From NCBI GenBank assembly GCA_017479385.1, contig JAFVCE010000024.1, positions 21,179-85,178 on the forward strand: 64,000 nucleotides of DNA. The letters run 5' to 3'. Source of the stretch: Bacteroidales bacterium. Lineage in GTDB: Bacteria > Bacteroidota > Bacteroidia > Bacteroidales > P3. Below, piece by piece: positions 47,637 to 56,267 of the stretch. Numbering within the stretch: the first letter of the stretch is position 1; every line of letters begins with the position of its first letter. The translations under genes and the position numbers were made by a program. The notes beneath the pieces were generated by a model. It saw only the letters and a program-made list of their open reading frames with translations, was not told the origin of the DNA and searched no databases.

Positions 47637-50600
47637 ATGAAATATAACGAATATAAGCAGCTCAATTTGACCCAAATCGGCGAGCAAGTGCGTCGTTACT
47701 GGGAAGAAAACACCATTTTCGAAAAAGGTCAGCAACTCAGCCAGGGCCATCCCTCGTTCGTCTTCTACGACGGTCCCCCATCGGCCAACGGCAAGCCCGG
47801 AATCCACCACGTCATGGCTCGCACCATCAAGGACATCTTCTGCCGCTACAAAGCGCAGCGTGGCTACCATGTGGAACGCAAGGCTGGATGGGACACCCAT
47901 GGCCTGCCGGTCGAACTCGGTGTCGAGAAAAACCTCGGCATCACGAAGGAAGATATTGGCAAAAAAATATCGGTCGACGAGTATAACCACGCCTGCCGCA
48001 CCGAGGTGTTGAAATATAAAGACCTGTGGGACGAGCTGACGCGCCAGATGGGCTACTGGGTCGACCTCGACCACCCCTACATCACCTTCAACAACGAATA
48101 TATCGAAACCCTTTGGTTTCTCCTTAAGAAGCTCTACGACAAGGGGTTACTATATAAGGGCTACACCATACAGCCCTACAGTCCGGCCGCTGGCACAGGT
48201 CTTTCGAGCCATGAACTGAATATGCCAGGCTGCTATCGCGACGTTAAAGATACCACCTGCGTGGCCATGTTCCGCCTTGACGAAGATGGCGAAAAATTGA
48301 GCTCCGTTTTTGGTGCCAACCTCGCCGAGGCAGACTGCCAGCTGCCTGCCTACTGCATTGCTTGGACCACCACGCCGTGGACCCTCCCAAGCAACACCGC
48401 GCTCTGCGTGGGTCCAGCAATCGACTATGTTCTTCTCAGAACCACTCATCCCCAAACCGAGCAACCCTGCCTTATAATTATGGCTAAACCGCTGATTGGC
48501 AGTATGTTCAAAGAGGAACCCGAGGTTTTGGCCGAGTGTAAAGGCCGTTCACTCGAAGGATTGCGCTACGAGCAACTCATTCCGTGGGTGAAGCCAACTG
48601 GCGACAATAATTTCCGCGTCATCTTGGGCGACTACGTAACCACCGAGGACGGCACAGGCATTGTCCACATAGCGCCAACATTTGGTGCCGACGACGCCCG
48701 AGTGGCCAAAAAAGCCGGCATAGGCGAGCTTCTGCTTTTCGACCGCGACGGTCACCAAATGCCGATGGTAGACAAAAAAGGCCGTTTCGCATCTATCGAA
48801 GACCTTGACCCACTGTGGGTTGCTGCCAATGTCAACACCGAGCTATACAACCAATATGCCGGCAAGTTTGTCAAAAACGCTTACGACCCAACCAAGACCG
48901 AGAAGGACATGAGCCTCGACGTCGAGCTCGTCATCATGCTCAAAGGCCAGGGCAAACTCTTCAAGAGCGAAAAGCACACACACAGCTACCCACATTGCTG
49001 GCGCACCGACAAACCCGTCCTTTATTACCCGCTCGATAGCTGGTTCATCCGCACCACAGCCCTCAAAGAGCGCATGATTGAGCTCAATCGCACAATCAAC
49101 TGGAAACCAGAAGCTACAGGAACCGGACGCTTCGGCAATTGGCTCGAAAACATCGTAGACTGGAACCTCTCGCGCAGCCGCTACTGGGGCACTCCGCTCC
49201 CGATTTGGCGCACCGACGATGGTCGCGAAGAACTGTGCATTGGCAGCGTCGACGAGCTTCGTGCCGAAATCGACAAAGCTATTTCGGCTGGTTTTATGAC
49301 CGAAAATCCTTATGCTTCAGATGATTACGAGGCATTTGACCTCCATCGCCCATATATCGACAACGTTATCCTGGTTAGCCCCACTGGCCGACCCATGCGT
49401 CGCGAACCAGACTTGATTGACGTTTGGTTCGACAGCGGTGCCATGCCATATGCTCAAATTCACTATATGGGTGAACCGCTGAAAGACGACCAATTCCCTG
49501 CCGATTTCATTGCCGAAGGCGTCGACCAAACGCGCGGTTGGTTCTACACGCTGCACGCCATAGCCACGATGTGTTTCGACAGTGTTGCTTTCCGCAACGT
49601 CATCAGCAACGGTCTTGTGCTCGACAAAAATGGCAACAAAATGTCGAAACGCCTCGGCAACGCCGTCGACCCCTTCGAGACCCTTGCCAAATATGGCCCC
49701 GATGCCACGCGCTGGTATATGATTACCAACAGCCAGCCGTGGGACAACCTGAAGTTCGACGTTGAGGGAGTTGACGAGGTGCGCCGCAAGCTGTTCGGCA
49801 CTCTATACAACACATATTCGTTCTTTGCGCTCTATGCCAACCTCGACGGATTTAGTTATTCGCAGGCCGACATCCCAATTGCGGAGCGCCCAGAAATTGA
49901 CCGTTGGATTTTGTCGGAGCTTAACACGTTGGTCAAGACCGTTGGCGAAGCCATGGAGGACTATGAGCCTACGCGCGCAGGGCGCGCCATCGGCACCTTC
50001 GTCGACGCGTACCTCAGCAATTGGTATGTGCGCCTATGCCGCCGCCGTTTCTGGAAAGGCGAGATGACAACCGATAAGATTTCGGCCTACCAGACGCTCT
50101 ATACCTGCCTTGAGACCCTTAGCAGACTCATGGCCCCGATTGCACCGTTCTTCAGCGAGCGTATGTTCCTCGACCTCAATGCAGTGACCTGCCGCTTCAA
50201 GGTTGAGAGTGTTCACCATCTGCCATTCCCAGAAGTTAATAATGAGTTGATAGACAAGTCGTTGGAAGAACGTATGCAGCTGGCTCAAAAAATATGTTCG
50301 ATGGTGCTTGGCCTTCGCAAGAAGAGCAACCTCCGTGTGCGTCAGCCGCTACAAAAAATTGTAATACCAGTGGGCAACGACGAGACGAAGAGTCAGATAG
50401 AACGTGTTCAGCACTTGATTTGCTCTGAGTTGAACGTTAAGTCTGTAGAGTTTCTTTCTGCCGATAACGACCTGTTGGTCAAGAAGATAAAGCCAAATTT
50501 CAAGACACTCGGTCCACGTTACGGCAAGGTAATGAAAGCCCTCGGCGCAGCCATTGTAGCGTTCGACCAATCTCAAATAAACAACCTCGAGGCCACTGGC

Positions 50601-50996
50601 CGCTGTGAGGTCACGGTCGATGGCCAAGTGTGCGAAGTGTTGCTTGCCGATGTTGAGATTACGACCCAAGACATACCGGGTTGGGTTGTGGCTAACGATG
50701 GCTCGCTGACCGTGGCGCTCGACATTACGCTAACCGAGGCTTTACGCAACGAAGGTATTGCTCGCGAGTTGGTTAACCGCATACAAAATATCAGAAAGGA
50801 AGCTTTCGAGGTAACCGACCGCATCAGTGTAGAGTTGCAGAGTGGCGAGTGGGATGCTGCCGTCGAAGCTCATCGCGAGTACATTTGCAGCGAGACTCTT
50901 TGTACAGACTTGCGTCTGGTAAATCAGGTTATCGATGGCCAGCCAATCGATTTGCTCGATGGTCAGAATACTGTGATTAAGATTACGAAGAATTGA
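47637..50996 (+). CDS. ileS: isoleucine--tRNA ligase (long, type 2-like)
   Basis: 1119 aa with a HIGH-type motif (GKPGIHHV) and KMSKRLGN. Confidence 0.95.
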   Translation: MKYNEYKQLNLTQIGEQVRRYWEENTIFEKGQQLSQGHPSFVFYDGPPSANGKPGIHHVMARTIKDIFCRYKAQRGYHVERKAGWDTHGLPVELGVEKNLGITKEDIGKKISVDEYNHACRTEVLKYKDLWDELTRQMGYWVDLDHPYITFNNEYIETLWFLLKKLYDKGLLYKGYTIQPYSPAAGTGLSSHELNMPGCYRDVKDTTCVAMFRLDEDGEKLSSVFGANLAEADCQLPAYCIAWTTTPWTLPSNTALCVGPAIDYVLLRTTHPQTEQPCLIIMAKPLIGSMFKEEPEVLAECKGRSLEGLRYEQLIPWVKPTGDNNFRVILGDYVTTEDGTGIVHIAPTFGADDARVAKKAGIGELLLFDRDGHQMPMVDKKGRFASIEDLDPLWVAANVNTELYNQYAGKFVKNAYDPTKTEKDMSLDVELVIMLKGQGKLFKSEKHTHSYPHCWRTDKPVLYYPLDSWFIRTTALKERMIELNRTINWKPEATGTGRFGNWLENIVDWNLSRSRYWGTPLPIWRTDDGREELCIGSVDELRAEIDKAISAGFMTENPYASDDYEAFDLHRPYIDNVILVSPTGRPMRREPDLIDVWFDSGAMPYAQIHYMGEPLKDDQFPADFIAEGVDQTRGWFYTLHAIATMCFDSVAFRNVISNGLVLDKNGNKMSKRLGNAVDPFETLAKYGPDATRWYMITNSQPWDNLKFDVEGVDEVRRKLFGTLYNTYSFFALYANLDGFSYSQADIPIAERPEIDRWILSELNTLVKTVGEAMEDYEPTRAGRAIGTFVDAYLSNWYVRLCRRRFWKGEMTTDKISAYQTLYTCLETLSRLMAPIAPFFSERMFLDLNAVTCRFKVESVHHLPFPEVNNELIDKSLEERMQLAQKICSMVLGLRKKSNLRVRQPLQKIVIPVGNDETKSQIERVQHLICSELNVKSVEFLSADNDLLVKKIKPNFKTLGPRYGKVMKALGAAIVAFDQSQINNLEATGRCEVTVDGQVCEVLLADVEITTQDIPGWVVANDGSLTVALDITLTEALRNEGIARELVNRIQNIRKEAFEVTDRISVELQSGEWDAAVEAHREYICSETLCTDLRLVNQVIDGQPIDLLDGQNTVIKITKN

Positions 50997-51048
50997 GTTT
51001 GTTGCCGAGTTTTGTGCTCGTATCAAGCTCGAAGAATAAGTTTCCAAG

Positions 51049-51081
51049 CACTGGCTGCCACGTTTAGGTTGGCAGCCAGTG
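51049..51081 (+). terminator. ileS terminator hairpin
   Basis: cactggctgcca (51049-51060) pairs with tggcagccagtg (51070-51081) and is followed by ttgtgttgattg. Confidence 0.65.
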
Positions 51082-51082
51082 T

Positions 51083-51169
51083 TGTGTTGATTGTCAGTAC
51101 TTTGGAGGGGTTAGAGAGGGGTTAGGGTCGTATTGAGGTCGAATAAGCATTGGTATTGAGCTATTTACG
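51083..51169 (-). repeat. dispersed 11-bp-phased repeat, copy E (reverse orientation)
   Basis: The reverse complement reads cgtaaatagc, then tcaataccaat gcttattcgac ctcaatacgac cctaacccctc tctaacccctc caaagtactga caatcaacaca. Confidence 0.85.
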
Positions 51170-51296
51170 ACCTATAGTTTTAGCGATGTCTACCCCTCGG
51201 CAGGGCGAAGCCAGGGCGACAAAAATATATAGAAATAAAAAACATTGCCACAAATTTTAGTATCTGCAGCAGTGCCAAATGTGTGGATGTTGGCTG

Positions 51297-51419
51297 TTAT
51301 TGTTGCTCTACGTTTTCGACAACCGAGCCGCGATAGGCGGGGCAAGTGTGGTGTGTGCAAGAGGCTGCGAGCACTGCCAGAACGGCGATGGCGAAGAGGA
51401 TGGTGGCGTTTTTCTTCAT
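51297..51419 (-). CDS. 40-aa putative lipoprotein (below the ORF-track size cut-off)
   Basis: Hand translation gives MKKNATILFAIAVLAVLAASCTHHTCPAYRGSVVENVEQQ*, with lipobox LAASC. It lies just downstream of the ftcD terminator. Confidence 0.5.
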   Translation of the reverse strand: MKKNATILFAIAVLAVLAASCTHHTCPAYRGSVVENVEQQ

Positions 51420-51427
51420 TGTGGTTT

Positions 51428-51470
51428 AAAAAAAATTTAGTTAGGCGCGGCGCTTCGCGCCGCGCCTAAC
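51428..51470 (-). terminator. intrinsic terminator of ftcD
   Basis: Near-perfect 13-14-bp GC hairpin gttaggcgcggcg...cgccgcgcctaac (51440-51470). On the minus strand it is followed by a run of 8 T. Confidence 0.8.
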
Positions 51471-51478
51471 ATTCTGGT

Positions 51479-53176
51479 TTATAGTCCTATTTTTTCGTTA
51501 ACGATTTTGATAATCTCGGCTTCTTCGCGTATGGCGTCGGCCTCGATTTGGGCTGCGCGAGCAAGGATGTCGGCCTTGAAGGCTTCGTCGGTGAGCGAAC
51601 TGGCGTTGATTTTGACGTTGAGGTGGGCTCCCATCACGGCGCTGCGGGCTGCCAAGGCTCCAACTCCGCCGTCGGTGACGCTGGCGGGATTACCCCATTC
51701 CACCATAGCGCGGCACACTTTGAAAGCCTCGAAACTCTTCTGCATGGTGCGGAATGGAACCTCGGTGGCGAACTTTGTTGCCTCTTGAATGGCGGCTGTA
51801 CGGGCTGCTTTCTCCTCGTCGGTCTTTTTGGGCAAGCCAAAAGCGTTCATAATACGGTTAAAGGCGTTGGTGTCTTCGTCGACAAGGTGCAGCAATTCGT
51901 CCTTGAGGGCTTGGCCACAGACGGCCACGTCGCTGAATTTCTCCCATTGGTCGTCATAGGCAGCTTTACCGCCTGTGAGGTTGGCAACCATGGTGCCGAG
52001 CGAGGCGGCGAGGGCTCCCATATAGGCACTCACCGAGCCACCACCAGGGGCGGGACTTTCGCTGGCGGTCTCGTTGCAGAAACCGGTGCAGGTAAGGTCG
52101 ACTAACTTCTTTTGGCTATGGTCTTCGATGAGAAATTCGATGACTTTCTCCTTGGGGTCGAAGGGTTTAAGGTCGTCGAGGCCCATACTCTTTATGGCGA
52201 CTTTCATGATTTCGTCTTCGCTGACGCCGAGCGAGCGTTGTTGTTTGGCAAGGTAGTATTTGCCGGCATCGATGAGGACACTCTTGGGAATGAGGCCCAC
52301 AATTTCGCAACCAGTGACGCGCAGGCCACGGTTTTGGGCGGCACGACACACCTCGTCGAAGCAGAGGTGGACGGGGGCAACCTTGATAGAGGTAATGTTC
52401 ATCGACACTTGTGCAATACCATAATCCTCTATGTACCAACCAATTGCTTTGGTTCCTTTGAGGGTACCAGGAATCATCACGGTTTTACCGTTTTCGTCTT
52501 TGATGATTTTGCCCGAAGGCTTGCCTCCTTCGCGAGCGGGGCGACCTTTTTCGCGCACGTCGAAAGCGATGGCGTTGGCGCGACGTGTGCTGGTGGTGTT
52601 GAGGTTGTAGTTGATGGCGACGAGGAAATCGCGTGCGCCAACTTGTGTAGCACCAGTATGAGCCACGTGGTCGTTCCAGCAGTTGGGACCGAAATCGGGT
52701 TTCCACTGCTCGGTGCCGAGACGGCTCGAGAGGCTTTCGTATTCGCCTGTGCGACAGTAGGCAAGGTTGCGACGCTCGGGGATGAAAGCGGCCGATTCGT
52801 AGCAGTAGATGGGGATGTCGAGTTCTTCGCCCAGACGTTTGCCAAGGCGATGGGCATACTCAACAACCTCTTCCATAGTGATGTTGCTCACGGGGATGAG
52901 GGGGCACACGTCGGTTGCGCCTTGGCGTGGGTGAGCGCCATGATGTTGGCTCATGTCGATGAGTTCGGCTGCTTTTTTCACCACGCGGAAAGCGGCTTCG
53001 AGCACTGGCTCGGGCTCGCCAACAAAGGTGATGACGGTGCGGTTGGTTGTCTGACCGGGGTCGACGTCGAGCAGTTTGACGCCTTCCACTTTCTCTATCT
53101 CTGCAGTTACCTGGTTGATAATGTTCTGATTACGGCCCTCGCTAATATTGGGCACGCATTCGATGAGTTGTTTCAT
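51479..53176 (-). CDS. ftcD: bifunctional glutamate formimidoyltransferase / formimidoyltetrahydrofolate cyclodeaminase
   Basis: 565 aa with the N-terminal motif IECVPNISEGRN and a helical cyclodeaminase-like C-terminal domain. Confidence 0.88.
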   Translation of the reverse strand: MKQLIECVPNISEGRNQNIINQVTAEIEKVEGVKLLDVDPGQTTNRTVITFVGEPEPVLEAAFRVVKKAAELIDMSQHHGAHPRQGATDVCPLIPVSNITMEEVVEYAHRLGKRLGEELDIPIYCYESAAFIPERRNLAYCRTGEYESLSSRLGTEQWKPDFGPNCWNDHVAHTGATQVGARDFLVAINYNLNTTSTRRANAIAFDVREKGRPAREGGKPSGKIIKDENGKTVMIPGTLKGTKAIGWYIEDYGIAQVSMNITSIKVAPVHLCFDEVCRAAQNRGLRVTGCEIVGLIPKSVLIDAGKYYLAKQQRSLGVSEDEIMKVAIKSMGLDDLKPFDPKEKVIEFLIEDHSQKKLVDLTCTGFCNETASESPAPGGGSVSAYMGALAASLGTMVANLTGGKAAYDDQWEKFSDVAVCGQALKDELLHLVDEDTNAFNRIMNAFGLPKKTDEEKAARTAAIQEATKFATEVPFRTMQKSFEAFKVCRAMVEWGNPASVTDGGVGALAARSAVMGAHLNVKINASSLTDEAFKADILARAAQIEADAIREEAEIIKIVNEKIGL

Positions 53177-53195
53177 TGCGAATGGGGTGAAAAAA

Positions 53196-53735
53196 TTATT
53201 TTTTGTAGTAATTGAAACTCAAGCCACCCTGGGCGTTGATGTAGGCAAAGGCCGCGGCCAGAATGGCGTTGGTGTCGGCACCAGGTATGAGGTCTTGGGT
53301 TATCTTGATGTTGATTTTGTTGTTGTTGTAAGAGAAAGGCAGGTCGTTGCCATCGAAATCGGTCGATGCGAGTGTGCCACCTTTAACTCCGTCGAATGTG
53401 TAGGTATAGTTCATCGTGTCGGTCCGGCCAAAAATGTCAATCATCATCGTGTAGAAGCCGTCGGTAGCCGAGGTGAAGTTGAGGGTCGAGGTGAAATCGA
53501 ACGACATATTGGCAAGTTCTTGAGGAATGGGGAAGCCCGGGATTGAGGGTACAGCCCAGTTGGTATCAGCAACCCAACGGGTGTTGACAAGCGAGACTTT
53601 TTCGGGCTCTTGGTTCCCACCTTGCTGAGGGTTGTCGCTTTTTTTCTCGTCTCCGCACGCTGCAAACACCATTGCCGTTGCCGCAAAAATGCAGATAGCG
53701 AACATTTTTCTTGCTGCAAAGTTGTTGATTTTCAT
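53196..53735 (-). CDS. lipoprotein, unknown function
   Basis: 179 aa with lipobox VFAACG. Confidence 0.65.
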   Translation of the reverse strand: MKINNFAARKMFAICIFAATAMVFAACGDEKKSDNPQQGGNQEPEKVSLVNTRWVADTNWAVPSIPGFPIPQELANMSFDFTSTLNFTSATDGFYTMMIDIFGRTDTMNYTYTFDGVKGGTLASTDFDGNDLPFSYNNNKINIKITQDLIPGADTNAILAAAFAYINAQGGLSFNYYKK

Positions 53736-53771
53736 AATTTTAAGTTTTATTTGTTTTTATTAATATTCCTG

Positions 53772-53779
53772 CAAATATA
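53772..53779 (-). promoter_or_regulatory. -7 box TATATTTG upstream of the lipoprotein gene
   Basis: Reverse complement of caaatata. Confidence 0.45.
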
Positions 53780-53805
53780 CGTATTTTTTTTAAATTATGA
53801 TAATT

Positions 53806-55086
53806 TCAATATAAAAAATTATTGTAGGGGTAGCGAATGGCGTGTATGCGGCTAACCTCGTCGTAGAGCGTTTGGCGCAGCTGCTCGATGTTTTCTTTGT
53901 TTGCCGCCGATATGAAGATGGCCTTGCCTTCCTTCGATTGCCAGCTGTTTTTCAGCATCTCCATAGTCCAGTTGGCGCGCGTCATTGGGGTTAGGTCGTC
54001 GGCCTCTTTTTCGATGTAGGTATATGCATCTATCTTGTTGAAAACCATTATTGTAGGCTTGTCGTTGGCTCCGATTTCTTCGAGAGTTCGGTTCACGGCC
54101 TCGATTTGCTCTTCGTGGTTGGGGTGCGATATGTCTACCACGTGGAGCAGGAGGTCGGCTTCGGTCACCTCGTCGAGGGTCGATTTAAAGCTCTCGACCA
54201 GCCCGTGGGGCAGTTTGCGGATGAAGCCCACCGTGTCGGTCAGCAAGAATGGCAAGTTGCCAATCACCACTTTGCGCACCGTGGTGTCGAGGGTGGCGAA
54301 AAGTTTGTTCTCTGCAAAAACGTCGCTCTTCGAAAGAAGGTTCATTAGCGTCGATTTTCCGACGTTGGTGTAGCCCACAAGTGCCACTCTTACAAGACTT
54401 TCGCGGTTCTTGCGTTGCAGGGTCTTCTGCTTGTCGATAGACGATAATTGTTGTCGCAGTAGGCTTATTTTTTCTTTGATAAGTCGGCGGTCGGTCTCTA
54501 TCTGGGTTTCGCCCGGGCCACGCATACCTATGCCTCCGCGCTGGCGTTCGAGGTGTGTCCACATACGTGTCAGGCGTGGGAGCATATATTGCAGTTGAGC
54601 AAGTTCGACCTGAGTTTTGGCAATCGAGGTTCGTGCGCGTTTGGCAAAAATATCGATAATGAGCGACGTGCGGTCCAAAATTCTCACCTCGAGCTCTTTT
54701 TCGAGGTTGCGCAATTGGGCTGGTGAGAGCTCATCGTCGCACACAACAAAGTCGGCGTCGAGAGCGTGAATGTATTCTTTCACCTCTTCGAGTTTTCCGC
54801 TGCCGAGGTAGGTGCGCGAGTCTGGACGTTCGAGTCGTTGAATTACCTTTTTCACAGAGATTCCACCTGCTGTTTCGAGCAGAAAAGCCAGTTCGTTTAG
54901 GTACTCTTCGGTGCGCTCAATTGATGATTGTGCGGTGCATACCGATAGTAAGATGGCTTTTTCGGGCGCGACTTCGGTCGATATGGTATTGCGTTCTTGC
55001 GGCGTTGGTCGCTTGGTATTTGTAGGACTGCCGTCGAGGCTGTTACGCCATTTGCCGCGGTCGGTTTTCCAGTTTTGTTGTTTCAT
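53806..55086 (-). CDS. hflX: GTPase HflX
   Basis: 426 aa with GYTNVGKSTLMN (G1) and DTVGF (G3). It overlaps the upstream glycosyltransferase gene by ATGA. Confidence 0.92.
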   Translation of the reverse strand: MKQQNWKTDRGKWRNSLDGSPTNTKRPTPQERNTISTEVAPEKAILLSVCTAQSSIERTEEYLNELAFLLETAGGISVKKVIQRLERPDSRTYLGSGKLEEVKEYIHALDADFVVCDDELSPAQLRNLEKELEVRILDRTSLIIDIFAKRARTSIAKTQVELAQLQYMLPRLTRMWTHLERQRGGIGMRGPGETQIETDRRLIKEKISLLRQQLSSIDKQKTLQRKNRESLVRVALVGYTNVGKSTLMNLLSKSDVFAENKLFATLDTTVRKVVIGNLPFLLTDTVGFIRKLPHGLVESFKSTLDEVTEADLLLHVVDISHPNHEEQIEAVNRTLEEIGANDKPTIMVFNKIDAYTYIEKEADDLTPMTRANWTMEMLKNSWQSKEGKAIFISAANKENIEQLRQTLYDEVSRIHAIRYPYNNFLY

Positions 55087-56264
55087 TTTTGTGCGGCGTT
55101 GATGAGTGTTTGTTCCAGTTTGGCTGTAGCCGCTTCCCAGCTGTAGTTTTTAATAACAAAGTTGTGGCCTGCAGTTGCGAGCAATCTGCTCTGGGGCTCG
55201 TTCTGAAGCAGGGTTACGATGTGTTTGGCCAGGGTTTGTGGGTCGTTGCCGACGAGTATTTCTTGGCCGTCGGTGGCTTTCAGCGACGCGTTGGCGATGT
55301 CGGTCGTTATGCAAGGAAGGTTCATTGCCATGGCTTCGAGCAGTTTGTTCTGCAATCCAGACCCGATTCGCATAGGTGCAACGAAAAGTCGGCTTTGGGC
55401 GTAGCATTGGCGCATATCGTCTACCCAGCCGCTTATTGTAACCTCTTCCGACGCCAGATTTCTGACGCTGGCAGCGGGTGAAGCGCCTGCAATTAAGACT
55501 TTGACCGATGTCAACACGACCTTAACCCGAGGCAATACCTGCTCTATGAGGTAGCGAGCGGCGTCGATGTTTGGCGCATATTGCATATTGCCACAGAAAA
55601 GTATGTCGTATTTTTTTTGTATATTGGTTGGAGCGAAGTGCTTGGTATCCACCCCGTTAGGTACGATGACGATGTTGCTATTGTTTTTGTGCAAAATGGC
55701 ATCGCGGTCGGTTTCGGCTATGATAGTTTGTCGGTCGAAAAGGTCGCACGCCAGATGTTCGGCTTTGCAAAGAGCCTTGTATTCATAGCGCAATGCGCTG
55801 CGTAACAGGATATTGCGAGTGCTCTCCATGCGACGTTGAGTGTTCATTGAGAGTGCGTCCTGGAAGTCGATGACTTTGGGTGCATTGGAACCTTGAACGA
55901 TGGGCATGGTGCGAACCATTTGGCAATAGACCACATCGGGTTGAACTCGTTTTTCGAATTGCCGGTAGAGTTGTCGTGCTTTGTTAGAGTACCAGTATCC
56001 GAGTTGTAATGGTTTGGAAGTTAAGATGTTGCGTACTGTGTTTGCATAGCTTACCAACTTTGATGGGTGGGCAATGACGATTTCTTTGCAGTAGGGGCGC
56101 ATAGCGTTGTACCACTCGTTGGCCACTTTGGTGTGCGAAATGCAGAAGAGGTAAATATCGTTGTTTGCCGACATCAACCTTATTTGGTGAAAAGCACGCA
56201 GTTTATCGCCTTTCTCCAAAGGGTAGGGAAATCGTGGCAGAACGACTAATATTTTCATTATCAA
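55083..56264 (-). CDS. GT-B fold glycosyltransferase (GT4-like)
   Basis: 393 aa with a C-terminal GSGLQNKLLEAMAMNLPCITT E-x7-E-type region. Confidence 0.8.
   Translation of the reverse strand: MIMKILVVLPRFPYPLEKGDKLRAFHQIRLMSANNDIYLFCISHTKVANEWYNAMRPYCKEIVIAHPSKLVSYANTVRNILTSKPLQLGYWYSNKARQLYRQFEKRVQPDVVYCQMVRTMPIVQGSNAPKVIDFQDALSMNTQRRMESTRNILLRSALRYEYKALCKAEHLACDLFDRQTIIAETDRDAILHKNNSNIVIVPNGVDTKHFAPTNIQKKYDILFCGNMQYAPNIDAARYLIEQVLPRVKVVLTSVKVLIAGASPAASVRNLASEEVTISGWVDDMRQCYAQSRLFVAPMRIGSGLQNKLLEAMAMNLPCITTDIANASLKATDGQEILVGNDPQTLAKHIVTLLQNEPQSRLLATAGHNFVIKNYSWEAATAKLEQTLINAAQK
55507..55530 (+). repeat. fragment of the dispersed repeat inside the glycosyltransferase CDS (copy I)
   Basis: gatgtcaacacgaccttaacccga matches gatgttaatacgaccttaacccga at 4438-4461 in 22 of 24 positions by hand alignment. 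Confidence 0.7.
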
Positions 56265-56267
56265 TGT

